Source: an uncultured Gammaproteobacteria bacterium (GTDB lineage Bacteria; Patescibacteriota; Microgenomatia; UBA12405). Taken from it: DNA of 39,293 bases. Position 1 is the stretch's first letter. Each line of letters opens with the position of its first letter. Both the position numbers and the translations under genes were made by a program. The notes below the pieces were generated by a model. That model saw only the letters and a list, made by a program, of their open reading frames with translations. It was not told the origin of the DNA and made no database searches. The stretch is taken from assembly GCA_964463925.1 (NCBI GenBank), contig CAYXDV010000004.1, positions 79,080 through 118,372 of the forward strand. Direction: 5' to 3'. Shown here one piece after another: positions 18,707 through 28,077 of the stretch.

Positions 18707-19802
18707 CCCCAAAACTATGATTATTACCGGAACCCATCAAAGTCCAGTAGTTGAACTCATTAGATTGCTTAAACAGGACATTGAATACGATTGGAATGTC
18801 ATTTTTGTTGGTCGAAAATATAACTCCGTCAAAAGCACTATTGTTTCCACAGAATATGATTTGATGAAGCAGTTAAATGTTAAATTTATAGCTATAAATT
18901 CAATAAAATACGATCGACACAGTATCCTGAATACACTATATGGGCTGCCACATTTTTTTACATCCCTATTTGTTAGCTATCAAATTTTATCTCAATTCAA
19001 ACCTTCTTTAATAGTTTCAACTGGGGGATATATATCTATTCCAATTCTTTTTGTAGGAAAATTAATGGGTATCCCGTCTATAATTCATGAACAAACACTA
19101 ACAGAAAGTTTGTCTACAAGACTAGCTAAATATTTTGTTACTAAAATTGCCCTTTCTTTTGACACACCAAAACAAAAACAAAGTCTGCCTTCAGAAAAAA
19201 CTGTAGTTACTGGCAATTTAATAAGGCAAGAGATTCTGCAAAAACCTTCTAATAATCCAACAAAACAATGGTTTGACAAACCAAAACCAATAATATTTAT
19301 TGTCGGTGGCAACCAAGGCAGTTTGTTTATTAACAAAATAGTCTTGAAATTGGCTCCAGTCTTGGGAAAAAAATATAATATCGTTCACCAAACTGGAAAA
19401 CTCGACTTTCCAAATGTTTCTACGGCCACTGCTGACTATCGATCTTTTTACCGCTGTTTTGAATACATCCCGCTAGACCAAATGACATATTTGCTTCATG
19501 CTGCCAAAACTATCATTAGTCGTTCTGGAGCCAATATTTGTCAGGAATTGGTGGCTCTAAATAAGAAGGCAGTTTTAATTCCCCTACCAAAATCACAGCA
19601 AAACGAACAGGAGCTAAACGCTCAATGGGCCCAGCATCAGTTACCGAGCCAAATCATCATTTTGGATGAAAAAACTACAAATTCACAAACTCTGTTAAAT
19701 GCTATTAATCGTCTGTTTAATGTAACACCCTCTTTTCAAAAAACCACCAATGTCCAAGGTAGTACTAAATTTTTAAAATTAATTCACGAAGTAATTCGCT
19801 AA
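18693..19802 (+). CDS. murG: Lipid II GlcNAc transferase MurG
   Basis: GGYISIP, IHEQ, VTGNLIR, GGNQGS, SRSGAN, EQELNA. The N-terminal glycine loop is degenerate (TGTHQSP). Confidence 0.88.
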   Translation: MSSVNPKTMIITGTHQSPVVELIRLLKQDIEYDWNVIFVGRKYNSVKSTIVSTEYDLMKQLNVKFIAINSIKYDRHSILNTLYGLPHFFTSLFVSYQILSQFKPSLIVSTGGYISIPILFVGKLMGIPSIIHEQTLTESLSTRLAKYFVTKIALSFDTPKQKQSLPSEKTVVTGNLIRQEILQKPSNNPTKQWFDKPKPIIFIVGGNQGSLFINKIVLKLAPVLGKKYNIVHQTGKLDFPNVSTATADYRSFYRCFEYIPLDQMTYLLHAAKTIISRSGANICQELVALNKKAVLIPLPKSQQNEQELNAQWAQHQLPSQIIILDEKTTNSQTLLNAINRLFNVTPSFQKTTNVQGSTKFLKLIHEVIR

Positions 19803-19830
19803 TTTGAATAGGATTTTGTAGAATATAACC

Positions 19831-21027
19831 ATGCAATCAAGGTTAATAAAAGGTCTCGATATTGGGTCAAGCAAAATTACTCTAATTGTAGGGCAGTATT
19901 ATCCAGAGGAAGACAAGCTAAATATAGTCGGTGTAGCTTCTACCTCTAGTCTCGGCTTCAAAAAAGGGCAGTTGACTAACCCAGAACAAGCTACTCAAAA
20001 CCTGAAACAACTCAAAAACTCTGTCGAAAGGATGGTTGGAACTAAGATTGATTCGGTTCATTTGGCAATAACTAACCCTTCAATTGAAACTATGGTTACT
20101 ACATCTAGCCTACTTCTTGGAAATGTCAGTAGAGAAGTAACCATTACCGATAAACAAAAGATAATCGAATCTAGTACACCCTATGATCTCTCCTCAGAAA
20201 AAAGTATTATCCACTTACTACCACAACAGTTTTCGCTCGACAATCAAACAGAAATTCTAGATCCGATTGGTATGCTTGGCCAAAGGCTCGGTGTTGCCAG
20301 CACCATCGTCTTGGCTAATTCCAACCAAATTACTAATCTAAAAAAAATTCTGAATCTTAGTGGCTTGAATGTCGACACCATATCCTATGCCGGTTATTCT
20401 GCCAGTTTTGCCGCTCTAAATACTACAGACAAAGAACTTGGAGTAGCTCTTGTCGATATCGGCGGGCATGAAACCAGCGTAACTGTGTTTCAAAACCAAG
20501 CTCTGACTCAAGCTTTTGTTGTTCCAGTCGGCGGAAGTCATATAACCAACGATTTGGCCATTGGACTAAGGCTAACTTTAGAAGAAGCAGAGCAACTAAA
20601 ACAGCAACTATCTACATATTTACCAGAACAAGAAGAAATAGATCTAAATGGCCGTAAAGTTAATCTTTCTACCGCCGTAAACGGCATTATCAAACCTAGA
20701 CTAGAAGATTTGTTTTTATTAATCCAACAAAAATTAAATACTAATCTAAACTCTAATAACTTAAACTCTGGATTGATATTTTCCGGAGGCGGTAGTCAAA
20801 GCCCAAACTGTCTACCAATTGCCAATAAAATATTACAGCTTCCAGTACGACTGGGAACAATAGATAATGTTGGTGGTTTGGTCGAAGATATTCAATCTCC
20901 TGGCTTTTTATCCTCGCTTGGACTAATACGTCAACATATTCATAGTTCTGCGCCAAACACTAAATCTGGAAGCAAAGATAGCCTTTTTACAACAATAAAA
21001 AAATTAGCAATTTCTCTTTTACCTTAA
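19831..21027 (+). CDS. ftsA: Cell division protein FtsA
   Basis: GLDIGSSKI, LVDIGGHETS, PVGGSHITNDL, IFSGGGS; directly upstream of ftsZ. Confidence 0.92.
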   Translation: MQSRLIKGLDIGSSKITLIVGQYYPEEDKLNIVGVASTSSLGFKKGQLTNPEQATQNLKQLKNSVERMVGTKIDSVHLAITNPSIETMVTTSSLLLGNVSREVTITDKQKIIESSTPYDLSSEKSIIHLLPQQFSLDNQTEILDPIGMLGQRLGVASTIVLANSNQITNLKKILNLSGLNVDTISYAGYSASFAALNTTDKELGVALVDIGGHETSVTVFQNQALTQAFVVPVGGSHITNDLAIGLRLTLEEAEQLKQQLSTYLPEQEEIDLNGRKVNLSTAVNGIIKPRLEDLFLLIQQKLNTNLNSNNLNSGLIFSGGGSQSPNCLPIANKILQLPVRLGTIDNVGGLVEDIQSPGFLSSLGLIRQHIHSSAPNTKSGSKDSLFTTIKKLAISLLP

Positions 21028-21028
21028 T

Positions 21029-22132
21029 ATGGGATTAATCAAAACTTTATCTGGTCAGTTTGCAAAAATAAAAGTAATAGGAGTTGGTGGCGGAGGAAAT
21101 AATGCCATAAATTCCATGATTGTCGATGGACAAATCCAAGGCGTTGATTTTGTAGCTATAAATACAGATTCTCAAGATTTGCTGCATAGCCAAGCCCCAA
21201 TAAAAGTTCAAATTGGAGAAAAATTAACTCGTGGTCTTGGCTCCGGAGGCAAGCCACAGATTGGTCAAAAGGCGGCCGAAGAATCACGTGAACGAATTAA
21301 AGAACTGCTAGCAGGAACTGATATGGTTTTTATCGCTGGTGGCATGGGTGGGGGAACCTGTACTGGAGCAGCACCAGTTGTTGCACAAATTGCCAAAAAA
21401 GAGTTGGGAATTTTAACAATTGCTGTTGTCACTAAGCCATTCTTCTTTGAAGGCACTCATCGCATGACTAATGCTGAAGAAGGTCTACTAAACTTAAAAC
21501 AAAATGTCGATGCCCTAATTGTAATCCCTAATCAAAAAGTCATGGATATTGTCAGTAATGATCAAGATATGCCAATAGAACAGGCTTTTAAGTTAGCAGA
21601 TTCAGTTTTAACAAAAGGTACCAAAGCCATAGCCGATATTATAACTTTACCAGGGCACATTAACCTTGATTTTGCAGACATCCGTTCAGTCATGAGCGAT
21701 GCCGGTAGCGCTCTTATGGGTGTGGGTGAAGCAGAAGGCGAAAACAGAGCCACCAAAGCAATCCAGGATGCCATCCATTCGCCATTGGTTGAAGTAGATA
21801 TAAATGGTGCTCGTGGGGTTTTAATAAATGTAGCTGGTGGACACGATCTTGGTATGAAAGAGGTCGCCCAAGCCTCAGAAATAATCAGGGAACAAGCTTC
21901 TGCTGATGCCAATATTATTTTTGGTACAACCATAGATGATTCTCTAAATGGAAAAATTAAAGTTACCGTCATTGCTACTGGATTTGACGACTCCAAAATA
22001 AAGCGCCCGCAAACAACACAAATGACTACTCAAAATCAAACAAGTACTAAGTATAATTTAAACAATCTACCAGATGGATTAGAAATAGAAACAGAATATG
22101 ACATACCATCGTTTCTCAAACGACAACAATAA
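21029..22132 (+). CDS. ftsZ: Cell division protein FtsZ
   Basis: GVGGGGNNA, GMGGGTCTGAAP tubulin signature, NLDFAD, C-terminal DIPSFLKRQ. Confidence 0.98.
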   Translation: MGLIKTLSGQFAKIKVIGVGGGGNNAINSMIVDGQIQGVDFVAINTDSQDLLHSQAPIKVQIGEKLTRGLGSGGKPQIGQKAAEESRERIKELLAGTDMVFIAGGMGGGTCTGAAPVVAQIAKKELGILTIAVVTKPFFFEGTHRMTNAEEGLLNLKQNVDALIVIPNQKVMDIVSNDQDMPIEQAFKLADSVLTKGTKAIADIITLPGHINLDFADIRSVMSDAGSALMGVGEAEGENRATKAIQDAIHSPLVEVDINGARGVLINVAGGHDLGMKEVAQASEIIREQASADANIIFGTTIDDSLNGKIKVTVIATGFDDSKIKRPQTTQMTTQNQTSTKYNLNNLPDGLEIETEYDIPSFLKRQQ

Positions 22133-22156
22133 CCTGATATAATCACACATAAGCTT

Positions 22157-24937
22157 ATGTATTTCCCAGATCTTCCATCACAACCAGATTTTTCTAAATT
22201 AGAAAACCGAATTTTAGAGTGGTGGTACAAACAAGGAATAGATAAACAGTATTTAAAAAGAAACATCAATTCAGAAAAGACTTTTTCATTTATTGATGGA
22301 CCAATTACAGCCAATGGGTCAATGGGTGTTCACCACGCTCGAGGTAGAACATTAAAAGATGTTTTTCAACGTTTCAAAAATTCAAGTGGCTACTCTCAAA
22401 GATTTCAAAATGGGTTTGATTGCCAAGGTTTATGGGTTGAAGTTGAAGTCGAAAAAGAACAAGGATTTAACTCAAAAAAAGATATCCAAAATTTTGGACT
22501 TGAAAATTTTACAAAATCTTGCCTGGCACGCGTAGAAAAGTTTAGTCATATACAAACTGAACAGTCTAAACGACTGGGAATGTTTATGGACTGGGACAAT
22601 TCATACTATACCAACTCTCAAAGCAATAATCTTTACATTTGGCATTTTTTGAAACTAGTCTGGCAAAAAGGGTGGTTGGTTAAACGCAAATCTGCCACGA
22701 CCTGGTGTCCTCGTTGTGAAACTGGGCTTTCACAACATGAAGAAGCTGATGGCTATAAAGAAATTCAGGACCAGTCAGTATATTTAAAATTCAGGCTTAG
22801 TTCCAAATCAAACGAATATTTACTTGCCTGGACAACCACTCCGTGGACTTTACCAGCAAATGTCTTGCTGGCAATCAATACCAAACATCAATACGTCAAA
22901 GTAAGGCACAATAATGAAATTTTATATCTTGCCGAAGAATCAGCAAAAAGACTCGGTTTCAGTGAATACGAGTTGATTGATGCAAATATGTTTTTAGACC
23001 AACCATACGATTCCTTATACAATATTCCAGCGCAACATCAAATAAAACATTATATTACCCAATGGGACGAAGTTGATCCAAGTGAGGGGACTGGAATTGT
23101 ACATATTGCACCTGGATGTGGCCAAGAAGACTATATCTTAGGCAAAAAATTAAAATCTGATATGCCTTCTCCACTTGACGAAAGTGGACATTTCATAGAA
23201 GGTTATGCAAATTTAACTGGATCTTATGCCCATAACGTAGCTCCAGAAATTTTCAAATATCTAGAATCGATAAATTCGTTATTTAAAATTGAACCAATTA
23301 CACACCGCTACCCACATTGTTGGCGTTGTAAGACTAAATGCTTATTTCGTCTAGAAGACAGTTGGTACATCAGCTCAGACAAGATTAGGCCCCACATGAA
23401 GGCTGCTGCTCAAAGAGTAAATTGGCATCCAAAGTATGTAGGGCGTCGCATGCAAAATTGGCTGGATTCTATGGAAGATTGGATGATAAGTCGAAAAAGA
23501 TTTTATGGACTTGCCCTTCCATTTTATGAATGTGAGTGTAATGAATTAACGGTGATTGGTAGCAAAGAAGAATTAAAGTCCCAAGCAATTAACCCAGAAC
23601 TAGTAGATACCCTACCATCACTTCACCGACCTTGGATTGATCAAATAGTTATCAAATGTCCCCATTGTGGCAAAAAAGTTTCTCGAGTGTCTGATGTTGG
23701 AGATTGCTGGCTAGATGCAGGTGTTGTGCCATTCTCAACTTTAAAGTATTTAGAAGACAGAGCTTATTGGGAAAAATGGTTTCCAGCAGATCTTGTACTT
23801 GAGATGATTGAGCAAGTCAGGCTCTGGTTTTACTCAATGCTTTTTTTCAGTGTTACTTTCGAAAACACTTATCCTTATAAAAACGTAGTAGCCCACGCTG
23901 AAGTCAGAGATGAAAAAGGCGAAAAAATGAGTAAAACCAAAAAAAATGGCATAGCTTTCGACGATGCTATAAACCAAATGGGCGCCGATGCTATGCGCTG
24001 GCTATATTGCCAACAAAAACCACACACAAATGTCAATTTTGGCTACAACATTGCCAATCAGGTTAAACGTGGATTTTTCTTAACTTTATGGAATTCCTAT
24101 CGCTTTTTCACTCAGCATGCCAATCTTGAGTCTTGGAGTCCAAAGGATGGTGATACTTTGGACACAAAAAATATATTAGATAGTTGGATATTGTCTCGAT
24201 TAACTTCTACTATTGTGCAAACAGAACATTATCTTAATAAGTTCAACACTTCTAAGACTACTGAAACTATAGAATTATTTATCAATGATTTATCTACTTG
24301 GTACATACGTCGAAGTCGAGATCGCAACGATAATATGGCTATTTTGTACTATATATTTCACACATTATCCAAATTGTTAGCACCCTTTGTCCCATTTTTG
24401 TCCGAAGAAATATATCAAAATCTACAAGGGCTTGATATAGAAAAAAGCACCACATCAGTCCACACTCAATCTTGGCCAGTTGCAGACAAAAAATTCATCA
24501 ATTCTGATTTAGAAACACAAATGGAAATAGCCAGAAAAATTTGTCAGGCCATTCACTTTCAAAGGCAACAGTCAAATATGCCAATTAGACAGCCACTTGC
24601 TAAAGCAACTATCAATTGCCCCGCCACACTTTCCAATGAAATCATAAATATAATCCAAGAGGAAACTAACATAAAAAATATCAAACTCATTAAACAAGGT
24701 TCCGAAGTAGAGGCAATTTTGGATACTAAATTAACGGAAGAGTTGCTTGCAGAAGGGGAGTACAGAACTTTATTGCGCAGTATTCAAAGTCTACGTAGAG
24801 ATCGAGGTCTTCTACTCACTGACCGAATTAAAATAACTGCTCCATCATGGCCAAAGACCTTTGAAGATCAGCTTCTAAAAAAAACCTTAGCAAATAGTAT
24901 CACTCAGGGAAATATCTTGTCCATTCAGGTCGAATAG
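22157..24937 (+). CDS. ileS: Isoleucine--tRNA ligase, type 2-like, with GVHH signature
   Basis: DGPITANGSMGVHH, GFDCQGLWVE, WTTTPWTLPAN, GTGIVHIAP, DWMISRKR, KMSKT, WYIRRSR. Confidence 0.95.
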   Translation: MYFPDLPSQPDFSKLENRILEWWYKQGIDKQYLKRNINSEKTFSFIDGPITANGSMGVHHARGRTLKDVFQRFKNSSGYSQRFQNGFDCQGLWVEVEVEKEQGFNSKKDIQNFGLENFTKSCLARVEKFSHIQTEQSKRLGMFMDWDNSYYTNSQSNNLYIWHFLKLVWQKGWLVKRKSATTWCPRCETGLSQHEEADGYKEIQDQSVYLKFRLSSKSNEYLLAWTTTPWTLPANVLLAINTKHQYVKVRHNNEILYLAEESAKRLGFSEYELIDANMFLDQPYDSLYNIPAQHQIKHYITQWDEVDPSEGTGIVHIAPGCGQEDYILGKKLKSDMPSPLDESGHFIEGYANLTGSYAHNVAPEIFKYLESINSLFKIEPITHRYPHCWRCKTKCLFRLEDSWYISSDKIRPHMKAAAQRVNWHPKYVGRRMQNWLDSMEDWMISRKRFYGLALPFYECECNELTVIGSKEELKSQAINPELVDTLPSLHRPWIDQIVIKCPHCGKKVSRVSDVGDCWLDAGVVPFSTLKYLEDRAYWEKWFPADLVLEMIEQVRLWFYSMLFFSVTFENTYPYKNVVAHAEVRDEKGEKMSKTKKNGIAFDDAINQMGADAMRWLYCQQKPHTNVNFGYNIANQVKRGFFLTLWNSYRFFTQHANLESWSPKDGDTLDTKNILDSWILSRLTSTIVQTEHYLNKFNTSKTTETIELFINDLSTWYIRRSRDRNDNMAILYYIFHTLSKLLAPFVPFLSEEIYQNLQGLDIEKSTTSVHTQSWPVADKKFINSDLETQMEIARKICQAIHFQRQQSNMPIRQPLAKATINCPATLSNEIINIIQEETNIKNIKLIKQGSEVEAILDTKLTEELLAEGEYRTLLRSIQSLRRDRGLLLTDRIKITAPSWPKTFEDQLLKKTLANSITQGNILSIQVE

Positions 24938-24940
24938 CAA

Positions 24941-25921
24941 ATGGTTGAAACCATTGTTGCCCTACTTCTGTTGTTCATATTAAATGTTTTAATGATGTTT
25001 TCAACTGCTCCATCTTCGGTTGTAAAACAAATCATTTCTTGGATTATAGGAATTGCATGTTTTTGGTGGGGCAAACAAATATCTCATCGTCTAAACTCAC
25101 GCTTAAAAATAATAATATTCGCATCTTCTTGTTTTTTATTGTTGTTACCAATCCTTAGCGGATTATCTATTCGTGGGTCTAGTCGTTGGCTCTCTTTTGG
25201 CCCAGCTAGTTTGCAGCCAACAGAAATAGTAAGACCTTGGCTTTTGCTTTTGGTTGCCAATACTACACACCCAGAAATTATATTATTACCAACTCTAATA
25301 ACTGCAGCTCAACCAGATTTAAGCAGTGCTCTTTCAATACTGCTGTTAGCCCTGCCATGTATCTTTTACTACAAACATTTACAGAGAATAGCTATCGTAT
25401 CAGGAATATTGTTACTATTAATATCGCCTTTGGTTTGGAAATTTGGTATTAAACAATACCAAAAGGATCGTATCCTCACCTTTATATATCCTTCTTCAGA
25501 TCCTAAAGGAAAAGGATACAATGTAATCCAGTCGCAAATTGCCGTTGGTTCTGGTGGTTTATTTGGTAAAGGTTTTAGGCAGGGGACTCAGATACAGTTA
25601 AAATTCCTACCAGAAAAACATACCGATTTTATCTTCGCCTCATTGTCTGAAGAACTAGGTTTAGTTGGAGTAGGAATATTATTTTTTGCCTACTATTTAC
25701 TTTTAAATTCAATCTTAAAAAAAATATCTTCTTTTGCTACTCAAGAACAGCAAATTTTCGGCTGGGGACTGTTTATATATCTATGGTCACAAATCATTGC
25801 CAATGTGGGTATGAATTTAGGTATCCTACCAGTCAGTGGACTACCCCTTCCATTTATTTCTCTGGGCGGTTCTTCCATTATGGCCTTACTTCTTTCACTT
25901 GGCATCCTGCATTCTAGCTGA
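24941..25921 (+). CDS. rodA: SEDS-family peptidoglycan polymerase (RodA/FtsW)
   Basis: GSSRW, QPTE, QSQIAVGSGGLFGKG, LPEKHTDFIF, GLPLPFISLGGSS. At 326 aa it is short. RodA versus FtsW cannot be resolved here. Confidence 0.8.
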   Translation: MVETIVALLLLFILNVLMMFSTAPSSVVKQIISWIIGIACFWWGKQISHRLNSRLKIIIFASSCFLLLLPILSGLSIRGSSRWLSFGPASLQPTEIVRPWLLLLVANTTHPEIILLPTLITAAQPDLSSALSILLLALPCIFYYKHLQRIAIVSGILLLLISPLVWKFGIKQYQKDRILTFIYPSSDPKGKGYNVIQSQIAVGSGGLFGKGFRQGTQIQLKFLPEKHTDFIFASLSEELGLVGVGILFFAYYLLLNSILKKISSFATQEQQIFGWGLFIYLWSQIIANVGMNLGILPVSGLPLPFISLGGSSIMALLLSLGILHSS

Positions 25922-25923
25922 TA

Positions 25924-25932
25924 TGATATAAT
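25924..25932 (+). promoter_or_regulatory. Extended -10 promoter (TGaTATAAT), leaderless rplU-rpmA transcript
   Basis: TGATATAAT ends 7 nt before the rplU ATG at 25940. No SD sequence. Confidence 0.55.
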
Positions 25933-25939
25933 CATTCCT

Positions 25940-26257
25940 ATGAAATATGCGGTAATTTCCTTATCTGGCAGTCAATACAAAGTTGTTGAAGACCAAGTTT
26001 TGACCGTTTCCCACATTGAAAATGAAGTTGATTCAAAAATAGTAAATAACGAAGTTTTGATGTTTGCAGATGATAAGGATGTGCAAGTGGGAACACCTTT
26101 TTTGACCAATGCTTCCGTTGAATTAAAGGTTATAAAACATTTCCAAGGTCCAAAACTTGATGTATTCAAGTACAAAGCTAAATCTCGCTATCGTAAAAGC
26201 CACGGTCATCGTGACCAGCTGACACAACTACAAGTTACAAAATTAATCTCAAAGTAA
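25940..26257 (+). CDS. rplU: 50S ribosomal protein L21
   Basis: YAVISLSGSQYKV, KYKAKSRYRKSHGHR. Confidence 0.95.
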   Translation: MKYAVISLSGSQYKVVEDQVLTVSHIENEVDSKIVNNEVLMFADDKDVQVGTPFLTNASVELKVIKHFQGPKLDVFKYKAKSRYRKSHGHRDQLTQLQVTKLISK

Positions 26258-26263
26258 TCTTCC

Positions 26264-26515
26264 ATGGCACATACAAAGTCACAAGGTAAAACAAATCAGA
26301 AAGCTAACCGACCAGGGCAAAGACGAGGTCTTAAAATTTCTGGAGGACAAAAAGTAAACATTGGACAGATTATTTTGCGCCAGGTAGGATCAAAAACTCA
26401 TGCTGGTTTAGGAGCAGCCTTTGGCAAAGATTGGACTATCTATGCTTTAAAACCAGGGATTGTCAGATTTTTTCGCAGATACGGAAAACAATTTGTTGGA
26501 GTCTTTAAAGCCTAG
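26264..26515 (+). CDS. rpmA: 50S ribosomal protein L27
   Basis: MAHTKSQG...GLK..GGQ.V..GQIILRQ.G..HAG; follows rplU. Confidence 0.95.
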   Translation: MAHTKSQGKTNQKANRPGQRRGLKISGGQKVNIGQIILRQVGSKTHAGLGAAFGKDWTIYALKPGIVRFFRRYGKQFVGVFKA

Positions 26516-26548
26516 TTTTCACAGGCGTTTTCATGCTAGGATTAATGC

Positions 26549-27415
26549 ATGAAACAAATACTGCAACTGCCAACTAATCAGCTGGAACCAAACCCACTAC
26601 AACCACGGGGACAGATAAATCTTGATTCTTTACTAGATCTAATAAACTCCATAAAAGAGCATGGGATCTTGGAGCCACTAATAGTAGCTAAAACACCTGC
26701 AGGCTATCAAATAATAGCTGGCGAACGACGTTGGCGTGCAGCAAGAGCCCTTAAGCTGGAATTTGTTCCTGCTATCGTAAAAGAAACAAATCCTCAGCAA
26801 ATGCTTGAAATGGCAATAGTTGAGAATCTGCAACGAAAGGATCTGAATCCAATTGAACGGGCCAAAGCATTCTCACGCCTTCGCTCTGAATTTGGTTATG
26901 AAAACCCAGAAATAGCCAAAAGAATGGGAAAGAGTCTACCTTATGTTATCAATGTTTTGAAACTACTAACCTTACCAGATGCCATTAAAGATGGTCTTTT
27001 GTCGGGATTGATTACAGAAGGACATGCGCGTGCACTCTCTGGAGTTGCCGATACCAGACTCATAATTGAAGCATATAAAATTGTTTTGAAAGAAAAGGCA
27101 TCGGTGCGCAGAACTGAGGAAATTGCCAGAAGAATGCGTAAAAAAATTGAACAAGGGGAAGTGCCTATTACAAAAGAAAATCTACCGCTTTTTCTAAAAT
27201 CAAAGTTAGATGATATTTCCAATGATATGCAGAATCTGTTTACAAGTTCAAATACCAAAGTCAAAGTCGCTCAAACCAATGTAATTACAAAAGTAACTTT
27301 TCAATTTAGAGGCACTCAAGATGACCGATTCAATCAACTAAAAACACTATATTCTGGTTTAACAGGCAAAGAAATACTTAAAGATGAGTTTGAGGAGTTA
27401 GCCCCAAAACATTGA
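26549..27415 (+). CDS. parB: ParB/Spo0J chromosome partitioning protein
   Basis: NPLQPR, GILEPL, IIAGERRWRA (CTP-binding box), VENLQRKDLNPIE, HTH region, GHARAL. Confidence 0.92.
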   Translation: MKQILQLPTNQLEPNPLQPRGQINLDSLLDLINSIKEHGILEPLIVAKTPAGYQIIAGERRWRAARALKLEFVPAIVKETNPQQMLEMAIVENLQRKDLNPIERAKAFSRLRSEFGYENPEIAKRMGKSLPYVINVLKLLTLPDAIKDGLLSGLITEGHARALSGVADTRLIIEAYKIVLKEKASVRRTEEIARRMRKKIEQGEVPITKENLPLFLKSKLDDISNDMQNLFTSSNTKVKVAQTNVITKVTFQFRGTQDDRFNQLKTLYSGLTGKEILKDEFEELAPKH

Positions 27416-27959
27416 CCGGCCAATATCGGAAAAACGCCTTTCCAATTATCAAATCTTTTTTGATAGGACCAAATTCACGACCATCACGAGAATGAGAACG
27501 GTTATCCCCCATAGGTAGATACATCCCATCAGGAATTGTCATTTCGATACCTTCCTTTAGATAAGTTCCCGGTTCAGTTACATAGTCTTTTGGTAAAAAT
27601 GAATTATCAATCATATTCCCATTTACGTATACTTGGTTTTCCCTAACCATCACCTTATCGCCAGGCAAGCCAATGATTCGCTTAATATATTCGCACCCGT
27701 CAACTGCACAAGGCTCACTCGGCGGAGCTTTAAAAACTATTACATCCCCACGTTTTGGTAGGCCCATTTGATAAGACAATTTATCAGTCAGTAAATACTC
27801 CTTGTCTTTAAAAGTGGGAAACATTGAACTACCTTTTACTTCATTTGGTTGTACTAAAAACAAATACACCAAGACAAACAAGGATAGGGCCAAAACAATA
27901 GATTGCACGAATTCCAAAATTAAATTACCGATAAATCCACTTTGCTTAATTAAGTTCAT
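27378..27959 (-). CDS. lepB: Signal peptidase I
   Basis: VKGSSMFPT (Ser), YIKRIIGLPGD (Lys), MGDNRSHSRDGR. Start placed at ATG 27959, 6 nt after a TATACT -10 element. Confidence 0.93.
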   Translation of the reverse strand: MNLIKQSGFIGNLILEFVQSIVLALSLFVLVYLFLVQPNEVKGSSMFPTFKDKEYLLTDKLSYQMGLPKRGDVIVFKAPPSEPCAVDGCEYIKRIIGLPGDKVMVRENQVYVNGNMIDNSFLPKDYVTEPGTYLKEGIEMTIPDGMYLPMGDNRSHSRDGREFGPIKKDLIIGKAFFRYWPVNVLGLTPQTHL

Positions 27960-28004
27960 GTAATCAGTATATATGCAACTGTTATAATTAGCTACCGGCA
28001 ATCA

Positions 28005-28077
28005 GGTTGTTTAGCTCAGTTGGTAGAGCATTCCGTTCACATCGGAAAGGTCGCAGGTCCGAGTCCTGCAACAACCA
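28005..28077 (+). tRNA. tRNA-Val (anticodon CAC)
   Basis: Acceptor GGTTGTT/AACAACC, D arm GCTC/GAGC, anticodon arm TTCCG-TTCACAT-CGGAA, T arm GCAGG-TCCGAGT-CCTGC, discriminator A. CCA is not encoded. Extended -10 TGTTATAAT at 27980-27988. Confidence 0.95.

Noticed and set aside
22133-22156. A second T-box upstream of ileS
   Set aside because: Only 24 nt separate ftsZ and ileS, holding an extended -10 and no GGTGGNACC motif.
2011-27264. Numerous 60-160 aa antisense or alternate-frame ORFs in the track (e.g. 5119-5478, 13119-13595, 16671-17108, 21562-21996)
   Set aside because: All lie within well-supported genes and lack motifs; they are shadow ORFs.
28005-28077. tRNA-Val as the integration site of the island
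   Set aside because: No duplicate of the tRNA 3' end appears at the far boundary. The junctions map unambiguously inside the hydrolase gene, and the integrase is a serine recombinase.
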